Shown here: in pieces, positions 35,933 through 44,840 of the stretch | How the letters are laid out: every line of letters starts with the position of its first letter | Position numbering within the stretch: the stretch's first letter is position 1 | NCBI GenBank assembly: GCA_964610025.1 | Contig: CAZSTX010000001.1 | Location: forward strand, 117,209-181,208 | DNA from: an uncultured Lentimicrobiaceae bacterium | Lineage (GTDB): Bacteria; Bacteroidota; Bacteroidia; Bacteroidales; WCHB1-69 | DNA: 64,000 bases | Direction of reading: 5' to 3' | Made by a program: the position numbers and the translations under genes | The notes under the pieces: generated by a model | What the model saw: only the letters and a program-made list of their open reading frames with translations | Told to the model about the DNA's origin: nothing | Database searches by the model: none

Positions 35933-36294
35933 TGCTTAATCTCTTGTTCTAAAAAAGATTTAAGAATGACAACATGATTGTGTATTTGATCTTTAGCAGA
36001 ATATAAGAGTGTTATAAGGGGGTAGTGTTCAATTGTTTTTATAAAATCTTTTACTTTTTCAGATTGCTGCAATTCTTGCTCATATAATGACTGAAATTGT
36101 GACCAATGTTTGATTATGTCTTTATGAAACCATTGACGTAAAAGAGGAGTAGGAGCAAGGTCTTTTTCCCAAATGTCATAATGTAAAGTTTCTTTTTTTA
36201 TGCCTCTGGGCCAAAGTTTATCTACCAATATTCTTATGCCATCAGTGTCGCTATACGCATCGTAAACTCTTTTTATTTTTATTAGTGTTGCCAT
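35929..36294 (-). CDS. DUF488 (YeaO-like) protein
   Basis: 121 aa. IKRVYD ... RILVDKLWPRGIKKE ... WFHK is typical of DUF488. Confidence 0.65.
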   Translation of the reverse strand: MATLIKIKRVYDAYSDTDGIRILVDKLWPRGIKKETLHYDIWEKDLAPTPLLRQWFHKDIIKHWSQFQSLYEQELQQSEKVKDFIKTIEHYPLITLLYSAKDQIHNHVVILKSFLEQEIKH

Positions 36295-36320
36295 TGTATA
36301 AAATCAATAAAAACAATGAT

Positions 36321-36746
36321 TTAATCAATTTTTTTGCCATTAATAATAATTTCAGTATTTATCTGTAAAGCTTTTCGCAACATATAGCTTACACCACAAT
36401 ATTTCTCTTCTGATAAATTAACTGCTTTTTTTATATTTCCGATGTTTAAATCATTGCCCGTAAATTCATAGCTAACTGTTATTTCGTAATAATGTTTAGG
36501 ATGCTCATCGGTAAGTTTGCCAGCTACTTTCACGTTAAAAGTAATAAAATCTACTCTCATTTTTTTTAACATTGACACAACATCCATAGCAGTACAACCA
36601 CCTAAAGCTGTAAGAATTAAAGGTTTTGGACGAGGTCCTTGATTGTCGCCACCAAATTCTTCTTTTGCATCAATTAAAACTTTATGACCGTCAACCTCAG
36701 AGGTAAACGACATTTTATCATTCCATTTAACATTTACAATATCCAT
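36321..36746 (-). CDS. OsmC family peroxiredoxin-like protein
   Basis: 141 aa. GPRPKPLILTALGGCTAMDV and EKYCGVSYML contain the two conserved Cys of OsmC/Ohr proteins. Confidence 0.75.
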   Translation of the reverse strand: MDIVNVKWNDKMSFTSEVDGHKVLIDAKEEFGGDNQGPRPKPLILTALGGCTAMDVVSMLKKMRVDFITFNVKVAGKLTDEHPKHYYEITVSYEFTGNDLNIGNIKKAVNLSEEKYCGVSYMLRKALQINTEIIINGKKID

Positions 36747-36954
36747 AATTTTATCGTTTATTCATAAAACAGTATATATTTCTATTTGTTCAAAATAAAG
36801 GAAAAACTTGAAATGAAAAACAACTGAAGTGATTGTAATTTAAATACATATAGCATATTCTTTGTGGAAATCTGTTTTAAAAGTTGTCGTTTTTTTACAA
36901 AACCGCTTACTGTCAATCTATGCACTCCCAAAATTCTGCCATAGCTGATTTTAT

Positions 36955-37218
36955 CTAATAATTATTGGATTTTTTTTCTCCTGTAAGCTTTGTTTTTGCA
37001 GATTTACTCCCTTTAGGCTGCCTAAAATCACTCCTTCGTTTTTTTTTTCTTGCTAATGCCTCTTTGGTGCGTTGCAAAATTAGATTTCTTTCAATTTCTC
37101 CAAATAAACATTTCCTGTTGTGTAAACAAATTGTTACAAAATACAATCCTGCCTGCGAATAATCATATCCTTTCAGGCAGATGCTGTGTCTGTGATGCTT
37201 TTCGGGATTGTATTTCAT
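36955..37218 (-). pseudogene. truncated REP-associated tyrosine transposase (RAYT / IS200-like Y1) fragment
   Basis: The first ~45 aa (MKYNPEKHHRHSICLKGYDYSQAGLYFVTICLHNRKCLFGEI) match the RAYT N-terminus as I recall it. The rest is unrelated basic sequence. No HUH or catalytic Tyr region. Confidence 0.55.
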
Positions 37219-37562
37219 TTTTTACCTTCTATGATGTTTATTTCATCCTCCGTAAATCATACAACTTGTAAATCAATAGGATTTTCGCTACATTTTCCAT
37301 AAACAAACATACTTAAAAATAACCCGAAGAACTAAAATATCCAACAACAGCGTGAAGGCATACAAGTCTTTCATATTCTTGATAATTCCTTTAAATTTAT
37401 CAAAAACGCTTCGATCGTTGTTATTAGTGAAAATAATATTTTGTTTTATTTTATATTCTTAAGATATTCCTTTAATAACTTTTGATAGTTTTAAATAAAA
37501 AATACTAAAAATAGAAAATTTACGTTAAATATATTTATTTATTATTCTTAAATAATATTAAC

Positions 37563-38234
37563 ATGCTTAGTTGGACTATCATACTAACTCGCTTATCGTT
37601 AGCTGCTTTATTTGGTTTATTAATAGGTTTAGAGAGAGGCAGAAAAAATTGGGCTGCCGGCTTGCGAACCCATATGATGGTGTGTGTGGGTTCCAGTTTA
37701 ATAATGATAGTATCTGCTTTTGGTTTTTCCGATATTTTAGGATCAGAACATATTGGATTAGATCCATCAAGAGTTGCGGCTCAGGTTGTTAGTGGAATAG
37801 GTTTTATTGGAGCAGGAGCAATTTTATTTTCAAAACAAGGCACAGTTCGTGGTTTAACTACAGCGGCAGGTTTATGGACTGTAGCTGCTATTGGTTTAGC
37901 AACAGGAGGTGGTTTGTATTTTGCTGCAGGAGCCACAACTATAATAGCACTTATAATTCTTTGGGCTTTAGAACCTTTAGAGCAGATTTATTTGCGAAAA
38001 ATAGGATATATGATACTTCATATCACAACAAATAATGAAATGAAAGATGTAGAATTATTGAAAAAATTATTAGAAAAAGAAGGTATTAATATACAATCAA
38101 TTACTATTGAGAAAAATAAAGATGATTTTAAATACCATGCTAAAATAGATATAGTAAAAATAGAAGTACTCGAACTAATAGCTGATGAAATAAAAAAAGA
38201 TTATAATATAAAAGATATTTCATGGACGCAATAG
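37563..38234 (+). CDS. MgtC/SapB family membrane protein
   Basis: 223 aa. GLLIGLERGRKNWAAGLRTHMMVCVGS and GIGFIGAGAIL motifs plus a C-terminal ACT-like domain. Confidence 0.8.
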   Translation: MLSWTIILTRLSLAALFGLLIGLERGRKNWAAGLRTHMMVCVGSSLIMIVSAFGFSDILGSEHIGLDPSRVAAQVVSGIGFIGAGAILFSKQGTVRGLTTAAGLWTVAAIGLATGGGLYFAAGATTIIALIILWALEPLEQIYLRKIGYMILHITTNNEMKDVELLKKLLEKEGINIQSITIEKNKDDFKYHAKIDIVKIEVLELIADEIKKDYNIKDISWTQ

Positions 38235-38335
38235 TTTATTTTATTCTCTTAAATCATTTAGTTTAATAACATATCTTAACACAAAGAAATTAAATCTGTT
38301 AAATAAAATAAAAATAAATAAAAATAAATAAAAAT

Positions 38336-38707
38336 ATGAAAGAAGAATTTAATTATGTAACTAAATTAGATGTTAAATACAAACATTTAGAACTAATAGA
38401 CATTCCTTCATTAGTACAATTTTGTAAAGATAAATGGTTTAATCAAACATTAACAAAGGTAAACGATAGTGTAGTTCGTCTTGGAATAGTAGAAGGAGAA
38501 TACCATTGGCACAAACATGACAGCGATGATGAGTTTTTCTTTGTGCTGGAAGGCGAGCTTTTTATTGATTTGGAAGATAGAACCATAGCATTACAATCAC
38601 AGCAAGGAGTTACCATTCCAAAAGGAGTGATGCATCGTCCTAGAGCACCTCAAAAAACAATTATGCTCATGGTCGAAACAAGTGTTATTCAACCTACAGG
38701 CGATTAA
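38336..38707 (+). CDS. cupin domain protein
   Basis: 123 aa. GEYHWHKHDSDDEFFFVLEG and GVMHRP form the two cupin motifs. Confidence 0.6.
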   Translation: MKEEFNYVTKLDVKYKHLELIDIPSLVQFCKDKWFNQTLTKVNDSVVRLGIVEGEYHWHKHDSDDEFFFVLEGELFIDLEDRTIALQSQQGVTIPKGVMHRPRAPQKTIMLMVETSVIQPTGD

Positions 38708-38794
38708 TTAAAAGATTACTACTTTTTATAATAAATTTTTATAAATTTTCCTATTTAAATCCACAAAATACAATAGTTTGCTAAAAAAAATGAT

Positions 38795-38802
38795 TATTTT
38801 TG
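38795..38802 (+). promoter_or_regulatory. -7 promoter box TATTTTTG upstream of the polysaccharide locus
   Basis: TAnnTTTG match 139 nt upstream of the pseC ATG. Confidence 0.3.
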
Positions 38803-38940
38803 CAAACTGTATATATATATTAATATAATAATTAAAAATATTGTTAATTAACAATTGTGATGATGATAAAAAGCAAATATAAAGTAGTATTTTCATTACA
38901 ATATTTTATTACTTTGGATCTAGAAAAAATATAAAAAAAA

Positions 38941-40095
38941 ATGAAATCAATACCTTATGGACATCAATACATTTCTGATGAAGATATTAACGAAATGATA
39001 AAAGTGCTGAAATCAGATTACATTACTCAAGGTCCTAAAAACGAAGAATTTGAAGAACATTTTGCCAAAATGATAGGTGCAAAATATGCAGTCGCTTTAT
39101 CTAACGGAACGGCAGGCTTGCATATTTCTGCTATGGCATTAGGAGTGAAAGCAGGTGACAATATAATAGTTCCATCTTTAACATTTTTAGCTTCAGCGAA
39201 TTGCATTTTATTTTGCAATGCTAATGTGTGTTTTTGCGATATAGATAAAGATAGCTATTTGATAGATATTAACGCATTAGAAAAAATGTTAGCATCTCAT
39301 CCAAAAGGCTATTACAAAGGTATTATTCCTGTCGATTTTGCTGGCTATCCCGTACACGCCGAAGCATTTCGAAAATTAGCCGATGAATATGGCTTATGGA
39401 TTATTGAAGATGCTTGTCACGCTCCTGGTGCATATTTTACTGATAGTAAAAACAATAAACAATTAGTAGGAAACGGAAAATTTGCCGATTTAACTGTATT
39501 TTCTTTTCATCCAGTAAAACACGTTACAACAGGCGAAGGGGGAATGATAACTACCAATGACAAAAAATTATACAATAAACTATGCATGCTTCGTTCACAT
39601 GGAACTACAAAAAATCCTGATTTAATGCATGAAAATCACGGTGGTTGGTATTATGAAATGCAAATGTTAAGCTATAATTATCGTTTAACCAATTTTCAGG
39701 CTGCTTTAGGTATTTCGCAATTAAACCGTTTGAATTGGAACTTAAAACGAAGAAATGAAATAGCGTTTAAATACAATAAAGCTTTTACTTCTTGTGCTGC
39801 TATTCGAACCCCAAAAGTTGCCGAAAATGTTTTCCACGCTTATCATTTATATATAATTCAAATAGAAGAGCGTTTAGAATTATACAATCATTTAAAAGCA
39901 AATAATATTTTAGCGCAAGTACATTATATTCCAGTACATTGGCATCCTTATTATCAACAATTAGGCTACAAAAAAGGAACTTTACCCATTACTGAAAATT
40001 TTTATCAACATTGCTTGAGTTTGCCAATGTTTCCAACCTTAAGTGATGAAGAACAAGATTATGTTATAGATACAGTTTTAAAATTTATAAAGTGA
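38941..40095 (+). CDS. pseC: UDP-4-amino-4,6-dideoxy-N-acetyl-beta-L-altrosamine transaminase (DegT/DnrJ/EryC1 family)
   Basis: 384 aa. IPYGHQYISDEDI ... ITQGP N-terminus and FHPVKHVTTGEGG (PLP lysine). Sits next to pseF, pseG and pseI. Confidence 0.8.
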   Translation: MKSIPYGHQYISDEDINEMIKVLKSDYITQGPKNEEFEEHFAKMIGAKYAVALSNGTAGLHISAMALGVKAGDNIIVPSLTFLASANCILFCNANVCFCDIDKDSYLIDINALEKMLASHPKGYYKGIIPVDFAGYPVHAEAFRKLADEYGLWIIEDACHAPGAYFTDSKNNKQLVGNGKFADLTVFSFHPVKHVTTGEGGMITTNDKKLYNKLCMLRSHGTTKNPDLMHENHGGWYYEMQMLSYNYRLTNFQAALGISQLNRLNWNLKRRNEIAFKYNKAFTSCAAIRTPKVAENVFHAYHLYIIQIEERLELYNHLKANNILAQVHYIPVHWHPYYQQLGYKKGTLPITENFYQHCLSLPMFPTLSDEEQDYVIDTVLKFIK

Positions 40096-40784
40096 AAAAT
40101 TTAGCCATTATTCCAGCAAGAGGTGGAAGTAAGCGTATTCCACAAAAAAACATTCGACTTTTTATGGAAAAGCCTATTTTGGCTTATTCAATAGAAACAG
40201 CCTTAAAATCAGAATTATTTAGCGAAATAATGGTATCGACAGAGGAAGTAAAAATAGCTGATATAGCTTTGAAATATGGAGCTTCTGTCCCTTTTATGCG
40301 CTCAGATGCTACTGCTAACGATTATGCTGGATTAGCGCAAGTAGTTGAAGAAGTACTTGAAAATTATAAAAACAAAGGAATTCTATTTGATTTTGTTTGT
40401 TGCATTTTAGCAACAGCTCCTTTGTTACAAACTAAAGATTTGATTAATAGCTATCAACAGTTAGTCAATTCCGATTTTGACTCTTTATGCCCTGTTGTAG
40501 CTTTTTCATATCCCATTTTACGTTCACTAACAGTGTCGAATAATAAGAAAGTAGAAATGTATTTTCCTGAATATAAAAATACTCGTAGCCAAGATATACC
40601 TTCTTTTTACCATGATGCAGGAGTTTTTTACTGGAGTAGAATGGAAGCTTTTTTGAAGTACAAACGTTTCCTATCTTCCAATTGCATGGCATACGTTATG
40701 AATGAAATGGAAATACAAGATATTGATAATGATTTAGATTGGAAATTAGCAGAGTTGAAATATCAACTTTTAAAATCAGATTAA
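40092..40784 (+). CDS. pseF: pseudaminic acid cytidylyltransferase
   Basis: 230 aa. CMP-nonulosonate synthetase N-terminus AIIPARGGSKRIPQKNI, in pse context. Confidence 0.75.
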   Translation: MKNLAIIPARGGSKRIPQKNIRLFMEKPILAYSIETALKSELFSEIMVSTEEVKIADIALKYGASVPFMRSDATANDYAGLAQVVEEVLENYKNKGILFDFVCCILATAPLLQTKDLINSYQQLVNSDFDSLCPVVAFSYPILRSLTVSNNKKVEMYFPEYKNTRSQDIPSFYHDAGVFYWSRMEAFLKYKRFLSSNCMAYVMNEMEIQDIDNDLDWKLAELKYQLLKSD

Positions 40785-40789
40785 AAAAA

Positions 40790-41824
40790 ATGAAAAAGAT
40801 AATTGTTCGTTGCAATACAGGTATTCAAATTGGCATAGGACATTTGGTGCGTTGCAGTAATTTGATGTCTGTTTTTAATGAATATCAAATTCACTTTTTA
40901 ATACAGAGTGATATTAAAAAACAAACTAATACAATAATAAAACGATATAATGCTAATTGGACAGTAGATTATATAGATAATAATTTAACTAAAGAAGCAG
41001 ATTTAGCTATTCTTACAAAAAAAATAAAAGAACAGAATGCTATTTTAATACTAGACCATTATAAAGTTGATGAAAGCTATCAAATCAACCTTCATAATGA
41101 AGGTGTGCGTTGGCTACAATTCGATTCACATGCAAAACAAAAATTATATGCTCCTATCATATTACACGCTAGTCCGGGTGCAAGCAATAGTTTATATGCT
41201 CCTTTAATAAATACTACACATACAAAAGCTTTGTTAGGTATAAAATATATCATTCTGAATGAACAGTATCGTAAAATTTCAACGATGGTAAAAGTAAGAA
41301 GCTCGTTAAAAAAAGTAATGATATGTTTTGGTGGTGGCAATGATAACAAATTGATATTGAAATGTTTAAATAGCATTGATGCGGACTTATTATCTTTGTT
41401 ATCTTGGTATGTTGTTATAGGAGAACATACTCAAGAAAAAGAAAAAATTAAAAACATTACTAACAAATTACCTTCTATTAAATTGATAGAAAATAAGTAC
41501 GACTTGTCTTATTATCAATTAGATAGTGATTTAATAATCACTTCTCCCGGAACATTGAGTTACGAAGCAGCAGCCTTGGCACTACCTATGTTGTTAGTAT
41601 CTACTAATGACAACCAATCTATTAATTTTAAAGGCTGGCAAGATATGGGAATAGCATTCAATATAGGAGAAAATCATAAAATTGAGAAAAAACGCTTAAA
41701 CAAATATTTAAGACAATTATTAAAAGAAAATAAAACACTTGAAAAAATGTCAAATATATCGTTTAATACAATTGATAATCAAGGTGTTTTTCGTGTAAAA
41801 AAAGAAATATTATCAATATTATGA
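40790..41824 (+). CDS. pseG: UDP-2,4-diacetamido-2,4,6-trideoxy-beta-L-altropyranose hydrolase
   Basis: ATG at 40790 (MKKIIVRCNTGIQIGIGHLVRCSNL) preferred over 40739, which overlaps pseF. GT28-like fold motif IGxGH. Confidence 0.7.
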   Translation: MKKIIVRCNTGIQIGIGHLVRCSNLMSVFNEYQIHFLIQSDIKKQTNTIIKRYNANWTVDYIDNNLTKEADLAILTKKIKEQNAILILDHYKVDESYQINLHNEGVRWLQFDSHAKQKLYAPIILHASPGASNSLYAPLINTTHTKALLGIKYIILNEQYRKISTMVKVRSSLKKVMICFGGGNDNKLILKCLNSIDADLLSLLSWYVVIGEHTQEKEKIKNITNKLPSIKLIENKYDLSYYQLDSDLIITSPGTLSYEAAALALPMLLVSTNDNQSINFKGWQDMGIAFNIGENHKIEKKRLNKYLRQLLKENKTLEKMSNISFNTIDNQGVFRVKKEILSIL

Positions 41825-42927
41825 AACGTATTTTAATATTAGGAACTAACGCCGGGCAAGCAGATATTATTGATTACCTAAAAACTACAGGTTGGGAAGT
41901 ACATGCTTGCGCATATAAACGAGAAGGACCTGGGTGCAATCTCGCACATTATTTCCATTTAGTTGATACTTTAGATGTTAAAGCAGTAGCATCATTAGCC
42001 GAAAAAATTGATGCTCAATTGCTATATTCAGTTTCTTCTGACTCGGCAATAAAAACAGTAACCAAAGTATCAGAAATATTAGGATTGCCTCATTTTATTA
42101 ATTCGGAAATCATTGAATTATTTGATAAAAAAGAATTATTACGTCAATTTTTAAATGAAAATAACATTTGTAAAGTAGCCTATGCATCTTTTACTGCTAA
42201 TACTGACATAAATACGTGGATACACTTCCCTTGCGTAGTAAAGCCTTCTGATTCACAAGGGCAAAGAGGTGTGCAATTAATTGAAAACAAAGAAGATTTT
42301 GCTAATGCTATTGCTTTAGCTATTAAAGAATCGAAATCAGGGAAAGCTATAGTGGAAGAATATTTTTATGGTGTTGAAATGTCTTCTAATGTAGTTGTGC
42401 AAAACAGAAAACTAATAGTTAATGAATTTACAGAACGTTATGTTCATGGAAAACATTATTTTGGGTTACCAAAAGGACATGCTATACCAGTAAGAAATGT
42501 CGATTTAGTAACAATTAGTATGGCAAAACAGATGATTGAAAAAATGGTAAGCACTTTGGAAATAGAAAATGCAATTTTGTATATACAAATGGTGGCTACC
42601 TCTCAAGGACCTAAAATTATAGAAGTTGCTCCGCGTTTAGATGGCTGTCATATTTGGCGCTTAATAAGTTTTGCAAAATCATATGATTTAAGAGCTTATG
42701 CTATCGATTTATTATTGAATAAGCAAGTAATACATAAAGAAATAAACGAAGGAGCTTATACGCTTTATTTTAATCAATTGCCTGCTAACAAAAACTTTAA
42801 TCGTGAAGAATTTAAAATAAAAAACAATAAAATAGTTTTTGAAGAATACAGATACAAGAATGGAGATAAAATCATACCCATTAACGGAAAATTAGAAGTG
42901 GTAGGTTATTATATAATTAAAGAATAA
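41821..42927 (+). CDS. ATP-grasp domain protein
   Basis: 368 aa. Pre-ATP-grasp N-terminus (ILILGTNAGQ), CVVKPSDSQGQRGV, and EEYFYGVE typical of ATP-grasp ligases. Confidence 0.7.
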   Translation: MKRILILGTNAGQADIIDYLKTTGWEVHACAYKREGPGCNLAHYFHLVDTLDVKAVASLAEKIDAQLLYSVSSDSAIKTVTKVSEILGLPHFINSEIIELFDKKELLRQFLNENNICKVAYASFTANTDINTWIHFPCVVKPSDSQGQRGVQLIENKEDFANAIALAIKESKSGKAIVEEYFYGVEMSSNVVVQNRKLIVNEFTERYVHGKHYFGLPKGHAIPVRNVDLVTISMAKQMIEKMVSTLEIENAILYIQMVATSQGPKIIEVAPRLDGCHIWRLISFAKSYDLRAYAIDLLLNKQVIHKEINEGAYTLYFNQLPANKNFNREEFKIKNNKIVFEEYRYKNGDKIIPINGKLEVVGYYIIKE

Positions 42928-42928
42928 A

Positions 42929-43840
42929 ATGAAAATAGCAATCACAGGAGCCACAGGATTTCTAGGTAAATATTTAGTTAATCATTTATATTATTTAGGT
43001 TATGATATTCGTATTTTAGCACGTCAAGAAGAGCAAGCAGCTACATGTTTTGATTTTAAAGCAGATATTTTTATAACCGATTATTCTTATGAAAGTTTAT
43101 TAAAAGGATTATCGTCTTGTAATACAATCATTCATATGGCAGCACAAACAATGCAACGCAGTACGCATCCATTAAAGATTACTGATTTTTATGCAGTTAA
43201 TGTTGAAATAACAGAAAACATTTTACGTGCTGCTAATAATTGTGAAATAAAAAAAATATGCAATATTTCTTCCAATAGTGTTTATTCAGCTGCCAATCAA
43301 ATCCCATTTAAAGAAAGCGAGCAAGCTATTCCTGCTAACGTTTATGGTTTAAGTAAATTATTTTCTGAAAAAATAGGAGAATATTATGCTTTTCATAATC
43401 AAATAAATGTCATATCATTACGTTTAGCTCGTTTGTTTGGACATGGCGAAAGAGAAACAGTAGTTTTTACAAAATATATTCAGCAATCACTTCTTAAAAA
43501 TACGCTTGAAATATGGGGAAGGGGAGAAACATTAATAGAATATTTATATGTTAAAGACGCAGTTATAGCCATAGAACAAGTAATAAAAAAAGAAATAAAA
43601 AGTGGAATTTATAATGTAGGAGTAAATCAAAGCTATAGCATAAAAGAAATAGCTTATTTAATTGCGGATATTTTTGATAACAAAGATAATATTATATTTT
43701 TAGAAGATAAAAAAGAAAGTGTTTATCATATTTTAATGGATCCCAATGCATTTTATCAAGCTGTTCATTGGCAGAGCCAATGGTCATTGAAAGAAGCTAT
43801 TGAGGATATAAAAAAAATCTATTATAAGCATGGAAAATAA
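42929..43840 (+). CDS. NAD-dependent epimerase/dehydratase (extended SDR)
   Basis: 303 aa. ITGATGFLG Rossmann motif and the catalytic YGLSK. Confidence 0.75.
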   Translation: MKIAITGATGFLGKYLVNHLYYLGYDIRILARQEEQAATCFDFKADIFITDYSYESLLKGLSSCNTIIHMAAQTMQRSTHPLKITDFYAVNVEITENILRAANNCEIKKICNISSNSVYSAANQIPFKESEQAIPANVYGLSKLFSEKIGEYYAFHNQINVISLRLARLFGHGERETVVFTKYIQQSLLKNTLEIWGRGETLIEYLYVKDAVIAIEQVIKKEIKSGIYNVGVNQSYSIKEIAYLIADIFDNKDNIIFLEDKKESVYHILMDPNAFYQAVHWQSQWSLKEAIEDIKKIYYKHGK

Positions 43841-44837
43841 AACTTTTATTATAGCTGAATTATCAGCCAATCATCAACATGATTTTGATTTGACTATCAA
43901 AACTATAGAAGCAATGGCAGCATCGGGTGCGAATGCTGTTAAAGTACAAACATATCGTCCAGATTCGCTTACAATGGACATAGATAATATTTATTTTGGG
44001 ACTAAACAATCGGGAACATGGAAGGGAATTCGTCCTTATGATTTGTATAAAGCTGCTGCAATGCCTTATGAATGGCAACCAAAATTAAAGCAAATAGCCG
44101 AAAAGTTAGGTATGCATTTTTTTTCAACTCCTTTTGATTTTGAAGCTGTTGATTTTTTGGAAAAAATGCAAGTACCTATGTATAAAATAGCATCTTTTGA
44201 AATCAACGATATTCCTCTTATTCGTTATATTGCTAGCAAAAGCAAGCCTATTATTATTTCAACAGGCGTTGGCGATGAAAACGACATTAATTTAGCATTA
44301 GAGACCTGCTATAAGACAAATAATTATGACGTATCTTTATTGAAATGCACATCTGAATATCCTGCCACTATCGAACAAGCTAATTTATCTACAATTACCG
44401 ATATGCAACAAAGATTTAAAGTAAAAATTGGAGTTTCTGACCACACTATAGGCGAAATTGTACCTATGGTTGCAGTAAGTTTAGGCGCTGTTATTGTTGA
44501 AAAGCATTTTATTCTTTCGCGATCAATGGGAGGACCTGATGCTAGTTTTTCGACAGAACCACATGAGTTTAAAAAAATGGTAAATGCTATACGAGAAGTT
44601 GAAAAATCTTTAGGAAAAATAAGCTATACAGTTTCCGAAAACGATAAATCTAAAAGAAGGTCGTTGTTTATTGTAAAAGATATAGCAATTGGCGAAAAAG
44701 CAACAACTAAAAATATACGCTCGTTGCGTTCAGGAGCTGGATTGCCACCTATTTATTTTGACGAAATATTAGGAATGAAAGCCACAAAATACCTAAAAAA
44801 AGGAAATCCTATTAATATTGACGATTTTACTAAATAA
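43830..44837 (+). CDS. pseI: pseudaminic acid synthase (NeuB family)
   Basis: 335 aa. FIIAELSANH, KVQTY, YKIASFE, CTSEYPA, and a C-terminal SAF/AFP-like domain. Confidence 0.85.
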   Translation: MENKTFIIAELSANHQHDFDLTIKTIEAMAASGANAVKVQTYRPDSLTMDIDNIYFGTKQSGTWKGIRPYDLYKAAAMPYEWQPKLKQIAEKLGMHFFSTPFDFEAVDFLEKMQVPMYKIASFEINDIPLIRYIASKSKPIIISTGVGDENDINLALETCYKTNNYDVSLLKCTSEYPATIEQANLSTITDMQQRFKVKIGVSDHTIGEIVPMVAVSLGAVIVEKHFILSRSMGGPDASFSTEPHEFKKMVNAIREVEKSLGKISYTVSENDKSKRRSLFIVKDIAIGEKATTKNIRSLRSGAGLPPIYFDEILGMKATKYLKKGNPINIDDFTK

Positions 44838-44840
44838 AAC

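Noticed and set aside
36965-37271. Plus-strand ORFs of 65 and 73 aa in the decayed region
   Set aside because: They overlap the RAYT fragment in antisense, are Cys/Phe/Leu-rich nonsense, and have no promoter box or family resemblance.
40739-40789. Upstream start for pseG giving a 361-aa protein
   Set aside because: The extension overlaps the pseF 3' end by 46 nt and adds a non-conserved peptide. The ATG at 40790 (MKKIIVRCN...), 6 nt after the pseF stop, fits better.
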